From contig OX597817.1 of the NCBI GenBank assembly GCA_951406725.2, positions 121,830,001 through 121,894,000 of the forward strand: DNA of 64,000 bases, written 5' to 3'. A program made the position numbers and the translations under genes. Under the pieces are notes generated by a model, which saw nothing but the letters and a program-made list of their open reading frames with translations, was not told where the DNA came from and did not search any database. The number at the start of each line of letters is the position of its first letter. Position 1 is the stretch's first letter. This document shows, in pieces, positions 40,452 to 54,390 of this stretch. Source of the DNA: Octopus vulgaris (lineage: Eukaryota).

Positions 40452-40572
40452 GCGGTGAGGTGGCAGAATTGTTACAACGTCAGTTTGCGGTATTCCGTCT
40501 GTCTTTACATTTTGAGTTCAAATTCTGCCGAGGTCATTTTTGCCTTTCAACCTTCCGTGGGTGATAAAATAT
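40452..40572 (+). mobile_element. SINE family M, 5' part
   Basis: GCGGTGAGGTGGCAGAATTGTTA..TTTTGAGTTCAAATTCTGCCGAGGTC..TTTGCCTTTCAACCTT..GATAAAAT. Confidence 0.75.
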
Positions 40573-40943
40573 GTATATCTCATATTCAAGAACCATGTCG
40601 ATTGTTTTCTTAAAAGGAACATGAAAAGAACTCACTTCCTTTTAGGTGAGTACTTCATGATACATGGTTGCATGAGTTTGTTCTCCGCACACGTATTTAC
40701 ACTACTAGCGATTGCTATTCGCAGATTATGCAACATGTAACGTGCTGTCATGGCTTGAATAAATTTCAGCCCACAAAAATATAAACAGAATATAAACACA
40801 CATTACTACTGTCGAATAGAATTTAATTCCGTTTCCCCCGCTAATTCGTTTATGTAACAACTCATCCACGCGCAAAATATATACACATAGTTAACTACAT
40901 ATATTTAAATTTATGATAGTAAGCCTGGCTATGTGCGAGGGTG

Positions 40944-41040
<97 letters not shown>

Positions 41041-41047
41041 ATATCTA

Positions 41048-41084
<37 letters not shown>
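40944..41084. repeat. (TCTA)n(TA)n microsatellite
   Basis: Read directly from the sequence. Confidence 0.95.
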
Positions 41085-41088
<4 letters not shown>

Positions 41089-43201
41089 CTGTTGATGTAA
41101 TTTCATTATGTTATATGGTTTTCAAGAAAGAAGCAATGTCTTTTAGTATTTTTAATTTTTAGAGAATGGAGACAACAGTTTACAAAACCAATCGATCGTG
41201 TAAAAGATTTACTTTTTCATTCATTATTTTCTTTCTATGCAAGCAATTTGTTTAATAGTGTCATTTTAAATCATAATAAAGTCTACTACACCTAACGGTC
41301 AATAATAAGGCGAACAATTGTCGGTGGGATGAGTATGTCTACACATTCTGAATTGTAAAGCAATGTTGTAAAGAAAAAGTATAGTTTATGATTAGAATAT
41401 GGCGGTTGAGTGAAAGAAAGAATCGTTGTAATTCCAAACAAAAGACCGGCTACTGTAGAATTACTTGTGCAATAATAAAAGAATAAATCATCAAAAATGC
41501 GTCACTGTGAATCGATATTTGTAATAAAATTTACGCGATTGGATAGCATGTTTTAAGAAAATACAACTCACCAATGACAGTAGAATAGAAATATTACAAA
41601 GCTCTCATAGAATGTGTTTAAGAAGTTGTATCTCGTAGCAACAAGAACATTTGCTCTCGAATACTTTTCAGGATGATTTACAAAGACCATGTCTAAATAT
41701 TGATTCGTATTGATTATTTAGGTTGACTTGGAATTATCTCGAGATTTGAAGGAATAGGTTTTAATTGAGATATAAAAGCGTCGTTGGCGAAATTGAGTAA
41801 GGTTTACATTATAATTTCTGAAAGAAATAAGAAACACTTGACATTTAATATTAATTGCTGTAGCGTAATTTTTGTCATCACTGCAAACCCAACATTTGGC
41901 CTCTAATAATTAAGAAATGAATTAAGTGATTTAATCATGAAGCTCTTTCTTTTTACTTGACGCTATACTGGAAATAGCAATGTACATTACATCTAGTAAT
42001 TTATCATATGCACCAAAAAGCAATTCGTTTAATTGGCAATTACTATTAACACAGCTTCCTCAATTATCAACAAATTTAAAGCTGACGCACCAGACCAATT
42101 TTGATAGACTGAACAGTAGTCGGATGCTGTAATATGCTTCAGCAATAAATTGTTTTCTTTCTTCAAAAATTCAAGAAAACAATAAATCACATAAATGCCT
42201 CCTATTCTGACTCTGTCGTTTAAAATAAAGGTCAAATTTTAGTTTTATCCTATTCGGATTTAAAATAAGAATATAAATCGACAAGTGTTTGATAATTTGG
42301 ATTAATAGAAAAGAAAATCAATGATTAGTGTTATATCCGATAGACTCTATAAGCAGTGAATGTATGAAAAAAGACTAAAATAATTATATTTTTCACATCT
42401 ATGAAGAAAACAGAATTAAATCGCATTGGACTTCATATAATTCATTGACTACACATTAGTCATTGACTGAAAGTATATTTATAGAATGAAATTCTAATTT
42501 GAATATTATGCAATAGCAGATGTGAAAGAATTGTGTGCAAATAGGAATGTTTCCTCAAGCTACATGGGGACTTTAAGAGTAATGGTAGATTTGATTAAAT
42601 CTCACACTAGAAATAGGTGATACATATTTTATAGACAGCCAGGATGGTGACACAAAAACACGATTATGAAAAGGTAGTTAAACGAAATATATCCATATCT
42701 TTCTATATCTTGCATTGAATTTTGTTTCAATATTAATACATTATATCATTAAGTAATAACTGTAAGATAACATAAATGTACGCATACATGCATACGCACA
42801 TTTACAAATACAGATACCCAAATTTTCTTTAAACCTTCAGTTTTGAACATCTAGCACATAAACGAAGATCAATTTGCCATAACCTCTTATCAATGAGAAC
42901 AAAAATCCTGACTCTAATATGGGTTAGTTGTTTCACCTAATTTGGCAATTTTATTTTAGCAAATCCCACTTTGGAACTGTGGGACCGATAAACCCATATT
43001 CTTCATAATGTGATACTCTGGTACACTAGTAGTTTCATAAAAGTTCAGCTTTCACAAAAGTTCCTGATCGATTAGTTTTCTATCATACCTCTAATAACAT
43101 TCCACAGAGCAAGATAAATCATATATTTCGTGCATCCTGGTTTTAAATTAGTAAATATATCTGTTGTTAAACATCTGTTAATAATTATGAAAAACTATAA
43201 G

Positions 43202-43415
43202 TTGGCGAGCTGGTAGAATTGTTAAGCACGCCGGACGAAATGCTTAGCAGTCTTTTGTCCATCTACACCTTGTGAGTTCGGATTCCAACGAAGTTAGCTT
43301 TGACTTTCATACTTTCATGTACTAATACTGATTAAGTACTAGTTGAGTACTGGGGTTAGATGTAATCGACTTACCCAACTCTCCCCGAATTCCCTGGCCT
43401 GCCGAAATTTGAAAT
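43202..43415 (+). mobile_element. full-length SINE family M
   Basis: GGCGAGCTGGTAGAATTGTTAAGCACGCCGGACGAAATGCTTAGC..GAGTTCGGATTCC..GATGTAATCGACTTACCC..AAATTTGAAA. Confidence 0.85.
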
Positions 43416-44432
43416 CGATATTATTTTACGGGCCTGCTTTCAAAACATTTAAGTACTAATAAATTTTACAATTTTAAGTAGTACTTTCATTCTTTCTTTC
43501 TCTCTCTCTTTCACTCTAGTAGTGCAATATGAACTGACAGCAATGTACAAACCCGGACATACTGAGTTTATAGATATTACAGAGAGTGGCCATAAACTTC
43601 TACAGTGATGTGCATCTACGCATACCTGAGTTGCTGCGATACGATTTCAGTTTTCATGGTACATATATCCCCAAATATCACTCGTTATTGTAGAATAGCC
43701 AATTTAGTTCCCTCCTGGTGAAGTAATGCACGAACTGCACTGGTTTACATGATTAGCGAATTTCTTTCAGTCAAATCTTTGATACAAATACACATTCTCT
43801 CTCTCTCACACACACACATACACGCCTGTGCTCACACACACACACATACATATATATTCAAGTACTTCAGTTCTTGAATATCGATGTTGGATATACGTCG
43901 CCGCAGACGAATAAATTCTTACCAATACTCAAAGGGTAACGATCATAAAAAAACACTTCGATATATTTGATCGAATGCAGGATCATGAGAAAAATGCGAT
44001 AAATGGCAAATAAAACATTTCATTGATACCAGCTTTGAAAAGAAAAGGAAATGTAGTCTACAGCTGTTATAAACTGCATTCAATGAGTGAAAGAGAAGTT
44101 ATAGCAAATAACTTTAGAACAAGTCTAGTTACGAATGACAATCAAATATTCATAAGAACAGCAAACCAAAAGATTTCAAATAGTTTCTAAAAAGAGCCAG
44201 TAACAAAACGGCACTTTTTTCTTCGTATTAATCGAGATGAGTCAATCGACCAGATTAGGAAATCAATTGTTAAAGGTTACTAGACAAAGAAAAGTCAAAG
44301 ATTTGTCCAATAGACTTAGCTTACAAAATCTAATACAACTGGCAGTTTCATTTCTTCAAGGCTTCCATTTATAATATGTGTATGTGTATATATATATATA
44401 AGAAAAAGATAAGAGATCATACACACACACAC

Positions 44433-44472
<40 letters not shown>

Positions 44473-44477
44473 ATGAT

Positions 44478-44645
44478 CTCTTATCTTTTTCTTATCTCAA
44501 CCACTGGACAGTAACAAGGCTGGGGACCACTTTGAAGATTTTTACTCGAACACATCGACCGCAGTTTTTCATTTGTAATGGTTGGTTACTACTGAATAGG
44601 GTAATTTTGCCGAGCCGCTAATTTCCGAAGGCGTAAGCAAACCAA
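44478..44645 (-). mobile_element. SINE family C, 3' fragment, followed by (TATG)n
   Basis: TTTTGCCGAGCCGCTAATTTCCGAAGGCGTAAGCAAACCA. Confidence 0.55.
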
Positions 44646-45564
44646 TATACGTATGCAGGTAGGAATATATGTATGTATTATGTATGTATGTATGTATGTA
44701 TGTATGTATGTATGTATGTATGTATGTATGTATGTATGTATGGACGCATGTATGGAATAACTCAGAACATACAATAGTTCTACTGGATCTCTTGGGTCTA
44801 GGAGAGACAAATGGGAATATTTTCAAAAAATGCTGATAAAATTTCCGCGTATGTCATATCGTGGTTATTCTTCTTCATCAAAAATTCTAATTTTCAAAAG
44901 CACGAGAATTTATCTTAACACTAATTCAAATATGCTACATACAACAAAATCTTAAACGCAGCACACCAAATGTAATAATAAATGTTACATTTAAACCGAC
45001 ATATCCAGACATTCTAACAAAACACACATAAACCTTAGCATGACTACCACACATGTATATTAATATACGATTTACATTATATTCCGTTTCTTCCACAATC
45101 CCGATCTTCTCTCTCCGTTATTCTTCTAACTTTCACATATTTCCATTATGATTTATACCTTATTTTTCTTCCTTGCAAATTTCTTTTTAAATCTAAAATT
45201 TCTTTTGATCTTTTTTCTGCTGTAGGTGTTAAATCCAAAACGTAAAGCATTACCGAATCTACCTCTTTTGAGTGTAAAACTAATAACAAAATCTCTAAAC
45301 AAATATCGTTTTATATTTTCTTATTGTCATTTTCATTATTATAAAATGCCCCCCACGCACACACGCACACTCTCTGAAAATATGGATGTATGATTTTGTT
45401 TGCTTGTGTGCAAACGTACATGAGTGTGTTTGTGCGATTGCGCAACTAAGGGTATCTCTGGGCAGGATAATAACTGATATGCATGTGTATGTTTCAGTTA
45501 GACACTCATAGAAATACGCAAATTACAAATTATACAGGATTTGAAACAAATTATATTTCAAATT

Positions 45565-45596
45565 CATACGTATACATATAAATACATACACACAGG

Positions 45597-45640
<44 letters not shown>

Positions 45641-45664
45641 TATATATATCCACATATATATACG

Positions 45665-45747
<83 letters not shown>

Positions 45748-46390
45748 GTAGACAGATATACAGAATATAGATAGACAGATAGATAGATATATAGATAGAT
45801 ACATATATACATAGATATAGATATAGACATATACGGAAAGAGAGAAAGAGAAAGAGAGAGGGAGAGAAAGACAGGCAGGCAGACTGCCAGATATATAAAT
45901 AAATATACAGAGAGATAGATAAAGACAGATGTATATTTACCTGTTATCGTGTGAAAGAATAAATAATTACTTAAAATTAGATTAGTAGTGTTTATTGCTT
46001 GTATCAAAAGAGTACAAACATTATCCGTGGATACAAATATATTTTCATAAGTTTATAGCAATATTAAAACCAAGGTGTACATATATATTATGAGGCATCT
46101 GTATAAGTTAGGAGTTCTATATACCTACATGGGTGTGTATCTATACATACATACGCACACACATAGAGGAACACACAAATATGTGTATAGAAATGTACGT
46201 GTGCACGTACATCGATGTATGTATATATATACATATATAGCCGCATACATATGTATGTACATATATACATAAATATTCGCACGTACATGCATATATATAT
46301 ATACATATGCATATAGAGGCATATCAGTTAATAGGTGTATCCATATATAATATGCTTATATGCTTATATGTATATACATATACACACACG

Positions 46391-46454
<64 letters not shown>

Positions 46455-46500
46455 TACATACGTACTTACACATATGTATATGCATATATACATTCTGTGT
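45565..46500. repeat. microsatellite-rich zone ((TA)n, (GA)n, (GATA)n)
   Basis: Read directly from the sequence. Confidence 0.85.
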
Positions 46501-46821
46501 GATTGTGCGCGTGTACGTTTTTACTTATGTAAATTTATGAATGGATATATATTCGAAAACGTGTACTGATACATGTTATTGAAATAAATGTAGTGGATGT
46601 AACTTAATATAACATTATACATTATACAAGTCAATTATTATGAATCTCTAGAGTTATCTATCTATTTTATGCTCGCTGATTAATCAAGCCATATCTAACT
46701 CACTCACAAACGCAGAAATCAGACATTTTAAATACGTCTCCTAATTATATTTAAATATTCACATAATATGAATTAGTGATATTGATACTCGTAGCTATGT
46801 TATCTTTTATGTTTTGCCTTT

Positions 46822-47119
46822 CATCTTTCACTTATTTCACTCATTGGACTGGACTGCATCTAGGCTGAGGCAATTTCGTAACGGGTTTTGTGTTGCATTG
46901 ATTGAATATATCGACACCAGTGCTTACTTTTGCTAAGTCTGGTACTCATTCCATCGATTTCTTTTAAGGAACTCATAAACCACAGGTAAGTAAACGAACC
47001 AACAACGGACTGACAAGCGGTAGAAGTTGGGGAAACAAAGATACGAAATTGCACACACTCACACACACATATATATACACACAGACATATATATATATAT
47101 ATATGCATATATATATATA

Positions 47120-47184
<65 letters not shown>

Positions 47185-47339
47185 GCCTGGTTTTCATTCT
47201 CTACAAAATTATTTCGCAAGACTGGTCTGCAGAGGCTATACAAAAAGGAACTTGTGCTAACTGCCGCCTAATACAATTGTACCTGAAACCACGTGATTGC
47301 AAAGCTAGCATCATAACCACACATTCACGCCTGCATCTA
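46822..47339 (-). mobile_element. old SINE family C with expanded internal (TA)n
   Basis: CACTCATTGGACTG..ATCGACACCAG..GACAAGCGGT..CTGAAACCACGTGATTGCAAAGC..CACGCCTGC. Confidence 0.6.
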
Positions 47340-49244
47340 ATAATGTGGAAAAAATATGCATTTGTAAATGCAAATAATTTTGAATTATTTCAATGGTGTA
47401 TAGTAAAAATTAATATATAGATGAAACAGTAGAATGCGATGATGTGTTTGTTTGTTACAAGTATGTGCAGACATTGCTGGGAATTAACATTCGACAAAAC
47501 CCTGTTTTAATTTGCAGAAATGGCGTCAAATAATGTAAATTCATCTTGCATGATGTTTGAAATATCCTTGATTAAATATTGCAGCATTAACTTCTTATTT
47601 AGAAAACATATGACAGACAGACTAGAGCGTGGTTACTAAACATACAACAAAAGTGTTTTAGAAATATATGTGTAAGTATCAGTGTGTGTTTGTGTGTGTG
47701 TGGTGTGTGTGTGTGTGTGATGTGTGTGTGTGTGTGAAGACATGCATATCTGTGTACATATGAATGGAAACCTATCAAATATATTGATTTATGTAAGTAT
47801 CACGGATATTTGCAATTTTAGCGTCGGTGTACAGACACCCGTAGGCTTACACATATATCTGCACACACAAGCAAAATTTACATACTTGGCAATACAAGTA
47901 CAAAGAGAGAGGGAGACACACACACACGTACACATATATATGTGTGTATATGCGCAGTGTATATGTATATATACACTAACATATAGGCGCGCACAACATA
48001 CACACATACACACATGGTGAGCCTAACAAATGCAAATTTGCGAATTGAAAACAAATGTGCATTATAAATTAATAGAAATGTTATTTAAACGCCATATGTT
48101 GAGATTTGTTTTATTTCTCTATGTCTATAGGGTTTCATAAATTATTTGCGTCACCGTATGAGATTTCTGACGTATTAAAGTTTCGTTTCCATTAATATTC
48201 CATATCTATATTTCTACACACACACATATATATATATATATCTTTCGGCGTTGACTGAATTCAAACTATTCGTTTGTGATGTCGATTTTCGACAGTTGTA
48301 TCAATCCGTCTTTACAAGCCGTGTAAAGTTTTACCAGTATCAGGATCGATTCTAACAAAATCCTTTGTATATATACGAAGTAATATAACACTGAATATAT
48401 TAATTTGAGAGTGCTGCTAATATAAACAATAACTTTTATGAATAAATCGAAAGTTGTATAATTAGCAACTACTTACTTAGTAAAATGGTTCAAATTGCAA
48501 AGAGAACAAGATTCCCTTTTGTGGATGGCCAATTCAGTATTTCAAATAGTATACGTAAGACTATTAGTCTCATCAAGTATCACAAATCTCAATGATTATA
48601 AGTCAACTCTTACTTATAGAATTATATTTCGCACTTATAATATATAATTTGTACCTTATGAACCATTTTAAGCAGTAACAGACCCTACGGCTGACACACA
48701 TGCTTCTCTCGCTGAGTATTGCGAATTTAGTGAACCCGAATATCAGTATCGATATTTATTATGTCTATCCTGCATTTCTGAATGTAATATAGACCGTAAC
48801 CGAAATTGAAATCAGAAGGGAAATAAAGAGGTATAACTAAACACAGCAAGATATTTACTTCATTTTTTTTTCTACTGTCGCCAAAACACAGCACTACTCG
48901 ATCAGTGTTATATCTATTAAAAATGGAATTTTCACGGAATAGTATTTATGGCAGCTTTTGAATTCTGGTAAACACTAGTGATGTAAGAACAACCTACATG
49001 TTATCTTATTGTCTGGTTAGTTTGTAATAAATATGAAAATAATTACGTTAAGTCTAGGTCGAAAATATATGACTGAAATAAGGTGCGATATGTGACTGAT
49101 TGATATGATGATTCTGAATCTGAAAAAGTTGACAGGAGATTTCTATGCGATGTATTTGAGAGGCTAGAATTAACAGATAAATCTCTGTAAATTCATAATC
49201 TACTTCCTTAAAAAAAAAAATTGTAATTGTTTAATGTATTTCTC

Positions 49245-49672
49245 TGGAGTGCTGGCAGAATCGTTAGCGCGCCGGGTTAAATGTTTAGTGGTATTTCGCC
49301 CGTCGTTGCGTTCTGAGTTCAAATTCTACCGAGGTCGACTTTACCTTTCATCCTTTCGGTGTTCATTAAATAAGTATCAGTTAAGCACTGGGGTCGATTT
49401 TCTGTTTGACCCCAGTGCTTAATCCCCACCCCCAAGCTACGTTTGTGCCAAAAACTTGAAATAATTATGTTATATGTGTGTCTAAGGCGGTGAGCTGGCA
49501 GAATATTTAGTACGATGGGCGAAATGCTTAGCGGCATTTCGTCCGCCGAAGTTGACTTTGCCTTTCATTATTTCGGAGTCAATAAATAAAGTACTAGTGA
49601 AAACCTGGGAAGGTGATGTACCCGACTAGCCTCCTCCCACCAAATTTCAGGCCTTGCGCTTTTAATAGAAAT
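49245..49672 (+). mobile_element. two tandem SINE family M copies (~49245-49462 and ~49485-49672)
   Basis: GCTGGCAGAATCGTTAGCGCGCCGG..GTTCTGAGTTCAAATTCTACCGAGGTCGACTTTACCTTTCATCCTTTCGG, and GGCGGTGAGCTGGCAGAAT..GTTGACTTTGCCTTTCAT. Confidence 0.85.
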
Positions 49673-49734
49673 TATTATATTATATGTGTCTCTGTGTATA
49701 TATGTGTATGTGTGTCTGGGCGTCTATATACGTG

Positions 49735-49918
49735 GTTTGTTGTGCTGATCCTCACAGCGCTTTGTAACCAGTATTGGCTTGTTAATGTTCTCGTTTATTT
49801 AGATGTTAAAAAAACAAATTATCCGATTAAAAATAAGACATGGAGTCGATTTGCTCAACTAACTAGAAGAGGCTCTGTTTCAACATGGTCCTTCTCCAAT
49901 TACTATAGAAGTAAAGGA
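49735..49918 (+). mobile_element. degraded 3' half of SINE family C
   Basis: AATAAGACATGGAGTCGATTTGCTCAACTAA..CAACATGGTC. Confidence 0.5.
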
Positions 49919-49935
49919 CGAAACACACACACACA

Positions 49936-50026
<91 letters not shown>

Positions 50027-50180
50027 AACATTGAAGTTTGGAACTTGTGATATTTTTACTTCATAGCTTACACTTGTGTCGGCAATTTCATGTTAACTGC
50101 TCTTATGTCATGTTTTTAAATATGTCCGTAACTGATGATATCCACAGCTTCCATGGAATTTTTTTATATCAGAACTTTTG

Positions 50181-50745
50181 ATTATTTAAATTCGACGGAT
50201 ATTTGTCCTCATCTTGTTTGCTGTTAACACGATTGGGCTAATATACCCTCCAGCCTTCTTCAGGTGCCTTAGCGAAATTTCGAACACGGGTTCTCATTCC
50301 TAAGGTATTTTCAATGTTGTTATTGTTATTATTATTGTTGTTGTTGTTGTTGTTGTTCGGGTTACTGCTTGGAATCGAACTCGGAATCTTGGGGCTAGTA
50401 GCCGCGCTATTAACCACTATGCCATATGCTACTAACCCCAAGATTCCGAGTTCGATTCCAAGTATTGACCTGAACAACAACAATAACAACAGCAATGATG
50501 ATGATGATGATGATGATGATAATAATAATAATAATAATAATAATTATAAAACATCAAAAATACCATAGGAATGAGAACCTAGGTTCAAAATTTCCCCAAG
50601 ACACCTGAAGAATGCTAGGGGGAGGGGGTATATTAGCCGGAACGTTGTATTAACAACAAGCAATATAAGGACAATTATCCGTCGAATGTAAATAATGTAA
50701 ATAAGGTACATAATTCCTCATCTCTTAAATGAAGAACTGTATTAA
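50181..50745. mobile_element. head-to-head inverted dimer of family H (minus copy 50181-50429, plus copy 50428-50745) with 11-bp TSD
   Basis: The two arms are reverse complements of each other and both match 35891-36139. TSD CAGAACTTTTG at 50170-50180 and 50746-50756. Hammerhead cores at 50263-50257 (minus, CTGAAGA) and 50605-50611 (plus, CTGAAGA..GGAACGTT). Confidence 0.85.
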
Positions 50746-50999
50746 CAGAACTTTTGTTTAAAATTATGCGGGATATATTTAGTTATCTTGCTTAACTACA
50801 AATCATCCATCAACGTTTATATTGGGCTGTTCTAAAACAAATGATTGTTTCCGAAAGATGACAGGGAAAAAGAGAAAAGAAAATAACAAAATATTCATCT
50901 TCGTTCAATCTTCATTGCGGAATTCTCAGCGGTCCAAGAAAATTCTGTCATAGCAGAATATTTCTCTGTCGACTTTCTCTATCCGAAAGAACTCAACAA

Positions 51000-51340
51000 A
51001 CGGAAACCGACAAAACACAACGTGCGGGAAAATAGACGATAGTACGACAAACGGCACACAGGACAAAAAGACGACACACGGATCATTCGCAGCCGATTTC
51101 CACGTGTGTCAGAGTCCAGAAAGTCCTTGTAGTTTCGCCCCCTCATCTCCGGGACTACTCGAATCCGGCGGCTGCAATGGACTTAGGATAAAAGCATTAA
51201 GCCTCTGGGAAAGGCAAAATATATATTAACATGGATGCGATGCTGAAAGACTGAGCGCCTTGAATAAGAATTCTCCTGACATGTTTCAATAGCCACGATA
51301 ACGAACAGTACCCAAGCAAAACGTTCAGTAAGTACAGGCA
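51000..51340 (-). mobile_element. possible degraded Penelope-like non-coding remnant
   Basis: GC-richer island. The minus strand has a stem-loop GTCCC-GGAGATGAG-GGGGC directly followed by GAAAC (51155-51132), resembling a decayed hammerhead stem II plus GAAA. Confidence 0.3.
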
Positions 51341-53616
51341 AAGTATATCAAGATGTAACACTATGACAAAGACATTTGTAAAGCAAAGTACTACGTATGT
51401 AAATACTAGACTAAACCACTCTCAATCTCTAATATTTCTAACTGTTGTATCTGTGAGAATAACGATTTATCAATCTTCTAAAATATTATCTCTGTTCATA
51501 TCCTCTTTAGTGAAAATTCGTCATTCTCATTATCTCTACACATACTGTCTTGCTTGAGGATATTATTAACCTAATAGAAGTAAATTAACTTTATTGGAAA
51601 TTAAATCCAGCCCAATAACTTGCTCAATTTTCTTTTTTATGTTTTTGATTATAGAAGACGTAATATTTAACAAGTCTTACTAATAGCCATAAAGTTCTAC
51701 ATAAATAAGTGAAACCAAAGATGCGTAAAAGTTTCTTGGCCTCAGAGTAACTACACGTTCATTTTAAGACAGCGAAAACAATGTGCCTTTTTGGAGGTGA
51801 TATTCTCGTTTACCCTCTGGTGTTAAGCTAGTGGTCAGTCAGATTGTAGTCTGGAAAAGGAGAGTAATACAGAATGTTTTGAGAAAATCGAAGGTTTTGG
51901 ACAAAGTCATTTCAGCCGTCATGAGATTCGGGAAAATGATATAAAATCATGCTTTTTAATTAGTTACTTTGTTCAATTTACTAAGGAAAAACAAAGAACT
52001 GTTTCATGAAACACAATTGCAATAGTTCAAGATATAGGGTATGAAGAAAATGAATAGACTAAGGTTTGTAAGATAGGTTGTCTTAAATTAGTAAGTGCGA
52101 CACATGTTTATATAGGTACAGTTGGAAGAAAGCATGTGTACTGTTACGTACAAAAATATGCTCTCACATATACCCTTGATCAGCTTGAATTTGATCTGAT
52201 TACCATTAATTAATGTATCTTTCTTATAACAGCGTTCCATTGTATTCTAAGGCTACCATTGCACTGGGAGATTCTAGCTTCACCCGATGAATTTTAACAC
52301 TGGCATCACGTAGCCGATAAGACAATGCCATTCATACAGTCAAATATTTATTGCCTCTTTGAAAAACTATACTATAGGCTTGTTCATCACTCTTACGATA
52401 ACTCTGTTCAAATTGGTCTCGGTTGAAAGTTAGGAGTATTAATTATAATTACTTGATCTGACTTGATCCTCCGCCCAAAAGTGAAATTCGTCAATACATC
52501 TACAACGATTGTGATGAAGAAGGAAAATTACCAGTTATTTACATACACAACAGCTCAAGGAATGGGAGACCTATGTCCCTCTTCGTCGTGAAAATCTGTA
52601 CTAGCTTATAGGGACGGTTCAAGCATTTTCAATATTTAGAATATCATTCAACCTTTTTCATGTCAGATACTGAGAAACCTTAAAAAGGCTAAAATGACAA
52701 AAATCACTTCAACGAAGACCACTTAACTGGAGAAAACCTGGTGTATCTTTATCAAATTTAATGAAATTTTAAGCACCACAAAGTCATTAGCAAATAAATT
52801 CTGGAAAGGCTGAATAGACAAGTCGAAAGCGTTCTTAAGCCAATAACTGTTTTGTGTTTCTTATGCAGAGTACTTCAATGTAGATGCTGATTTCCATCTA
52901 GTATTTACCTAATGTTTTATTGGTGACTTCAGTGATTAGCTAATTAATATAGAGTACATTTAATCATACGTTTTGAAAAAGCTGCTAAATAAAAACAGGT
53001 AGTACAAGAACGAAGTCATGGATTGGTTTTGAAGTGGATGTACGGACCCAAGTATTGTGCTACAGAGGAAATTCTTTAAGCAACACTAGAACTTGGTAGA
53101 CAAATCAATGCAGGTGGAATTTGCCCTCCCAATACAAAGGAACTCAACTAAATACCGCAATGTATGCTGTATGTCACACTACAGATCTTACCCATTCACC
53201 ACCTGCTTACGATGGAATAATGAAGTAGATTCAGAGATGAATTATTTTCATGAATGAAGATAATTTTCAGACTGTTTCGTTACTATACTTAGTCGATGAA
53301 TTTGCACTGTTTTAGAAAAAATATCGGGAAAATAATAGTCACATTTCTAACTTTATAACGTTGCTATTTAAACTTCAATATTTGAACAAAGTCTTCCGAG
53401 ACAGCATTCTTCTGTGTTGGTAGCAAATCTCATTTGAAGGAATTCAAAATTTCAAAGAAAGCTGGGTAAACAGTGCAATATCTGTTTCAGAGATATTAAA
53501 TGTTTTATATATATTAAGAAAAATTGCAATATTCAGTAAACGGACATATTATCTATAACACCAGCAGCCACCCACGCACACAAATACACACATACATACA
53601 CACATATATATGAATG

Positions 53617-53650
<34 letters not shown>

Positions 53651-53661
53651 AATGTGTGTAT

Positions 53662-54390
53662 GTTAAATAAAATGAGACAACAAAGCCGACGTTGTGTGGA
53701 ATTTTCAGGACATTTTTAAACAGAAAGTAAGTCTGGGCGTCTGGGATATTAGGAATATCCCTTCATCAGAAACGATGTGAGATGGTTTAATAGAGGGAAA
53801 TATTAGAATTCAGTATGAGGAGTTATTTTGGAAAAGGAAGCAAATAAGGAGTATATTGAGAAATAGGAGAATGAATGTAGAAATAAAAATTAAAATGTAT
53901 ATAAAGATGTTATAGTTGCAGTTCCAGTATCCAAATAAAGTGGTGTGTGGAAGTGGTAGAAATGCTTCCTGTCTGTGGTATGCAAATTGCAAAAAGACTT
54001 CAAATTTGACAATCACAAATGGAAAGTGAGGAGACGTAGTTTCCATGTGCTGTTCATTCAAAGTGGTCTTGTGTGGCGTGAATGAATATTTGAGAATGTA
54101 GTGGTAGTATTAAGTGGATAGAGAGAAGAGAAGAGATGTGTATGTTAAAATGAAGAGAGAGGTCAAAGGCAAAGGTGAGAAGAAAGAAAGAAAGAAAGAG
54201 GATGAGAAAATGAAAACAAGAAGAGAAAATGAAAAAGTGTAAGAAAGTGAAAAAAGGAGCGTTATTTGGTAGTCAGGATATTATGAGGGGGTGGGAGAGG
54301 AGTATAGGGGTAGGTAGAGATTAGAATGTAAGTATTGGATATGTGTGTGGAGTGCGAGGTGGGGTGATATGTTAGAATGGCAACATATAA
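53662..54390 (-). mobile_element. probable Penelope-like remnant in a (CA)n/(TA)n tract, carrying a decayed hammerhead
   Basis: Minus strand TTT-CTGATGA-A-GGGATATT-CCT-AATATCCC-AGAC (53772-53739), with an 8-bp perfect stem II. Microsatellites lie at both ends. The distal boundary is uncertain. Confidence 0.5.
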
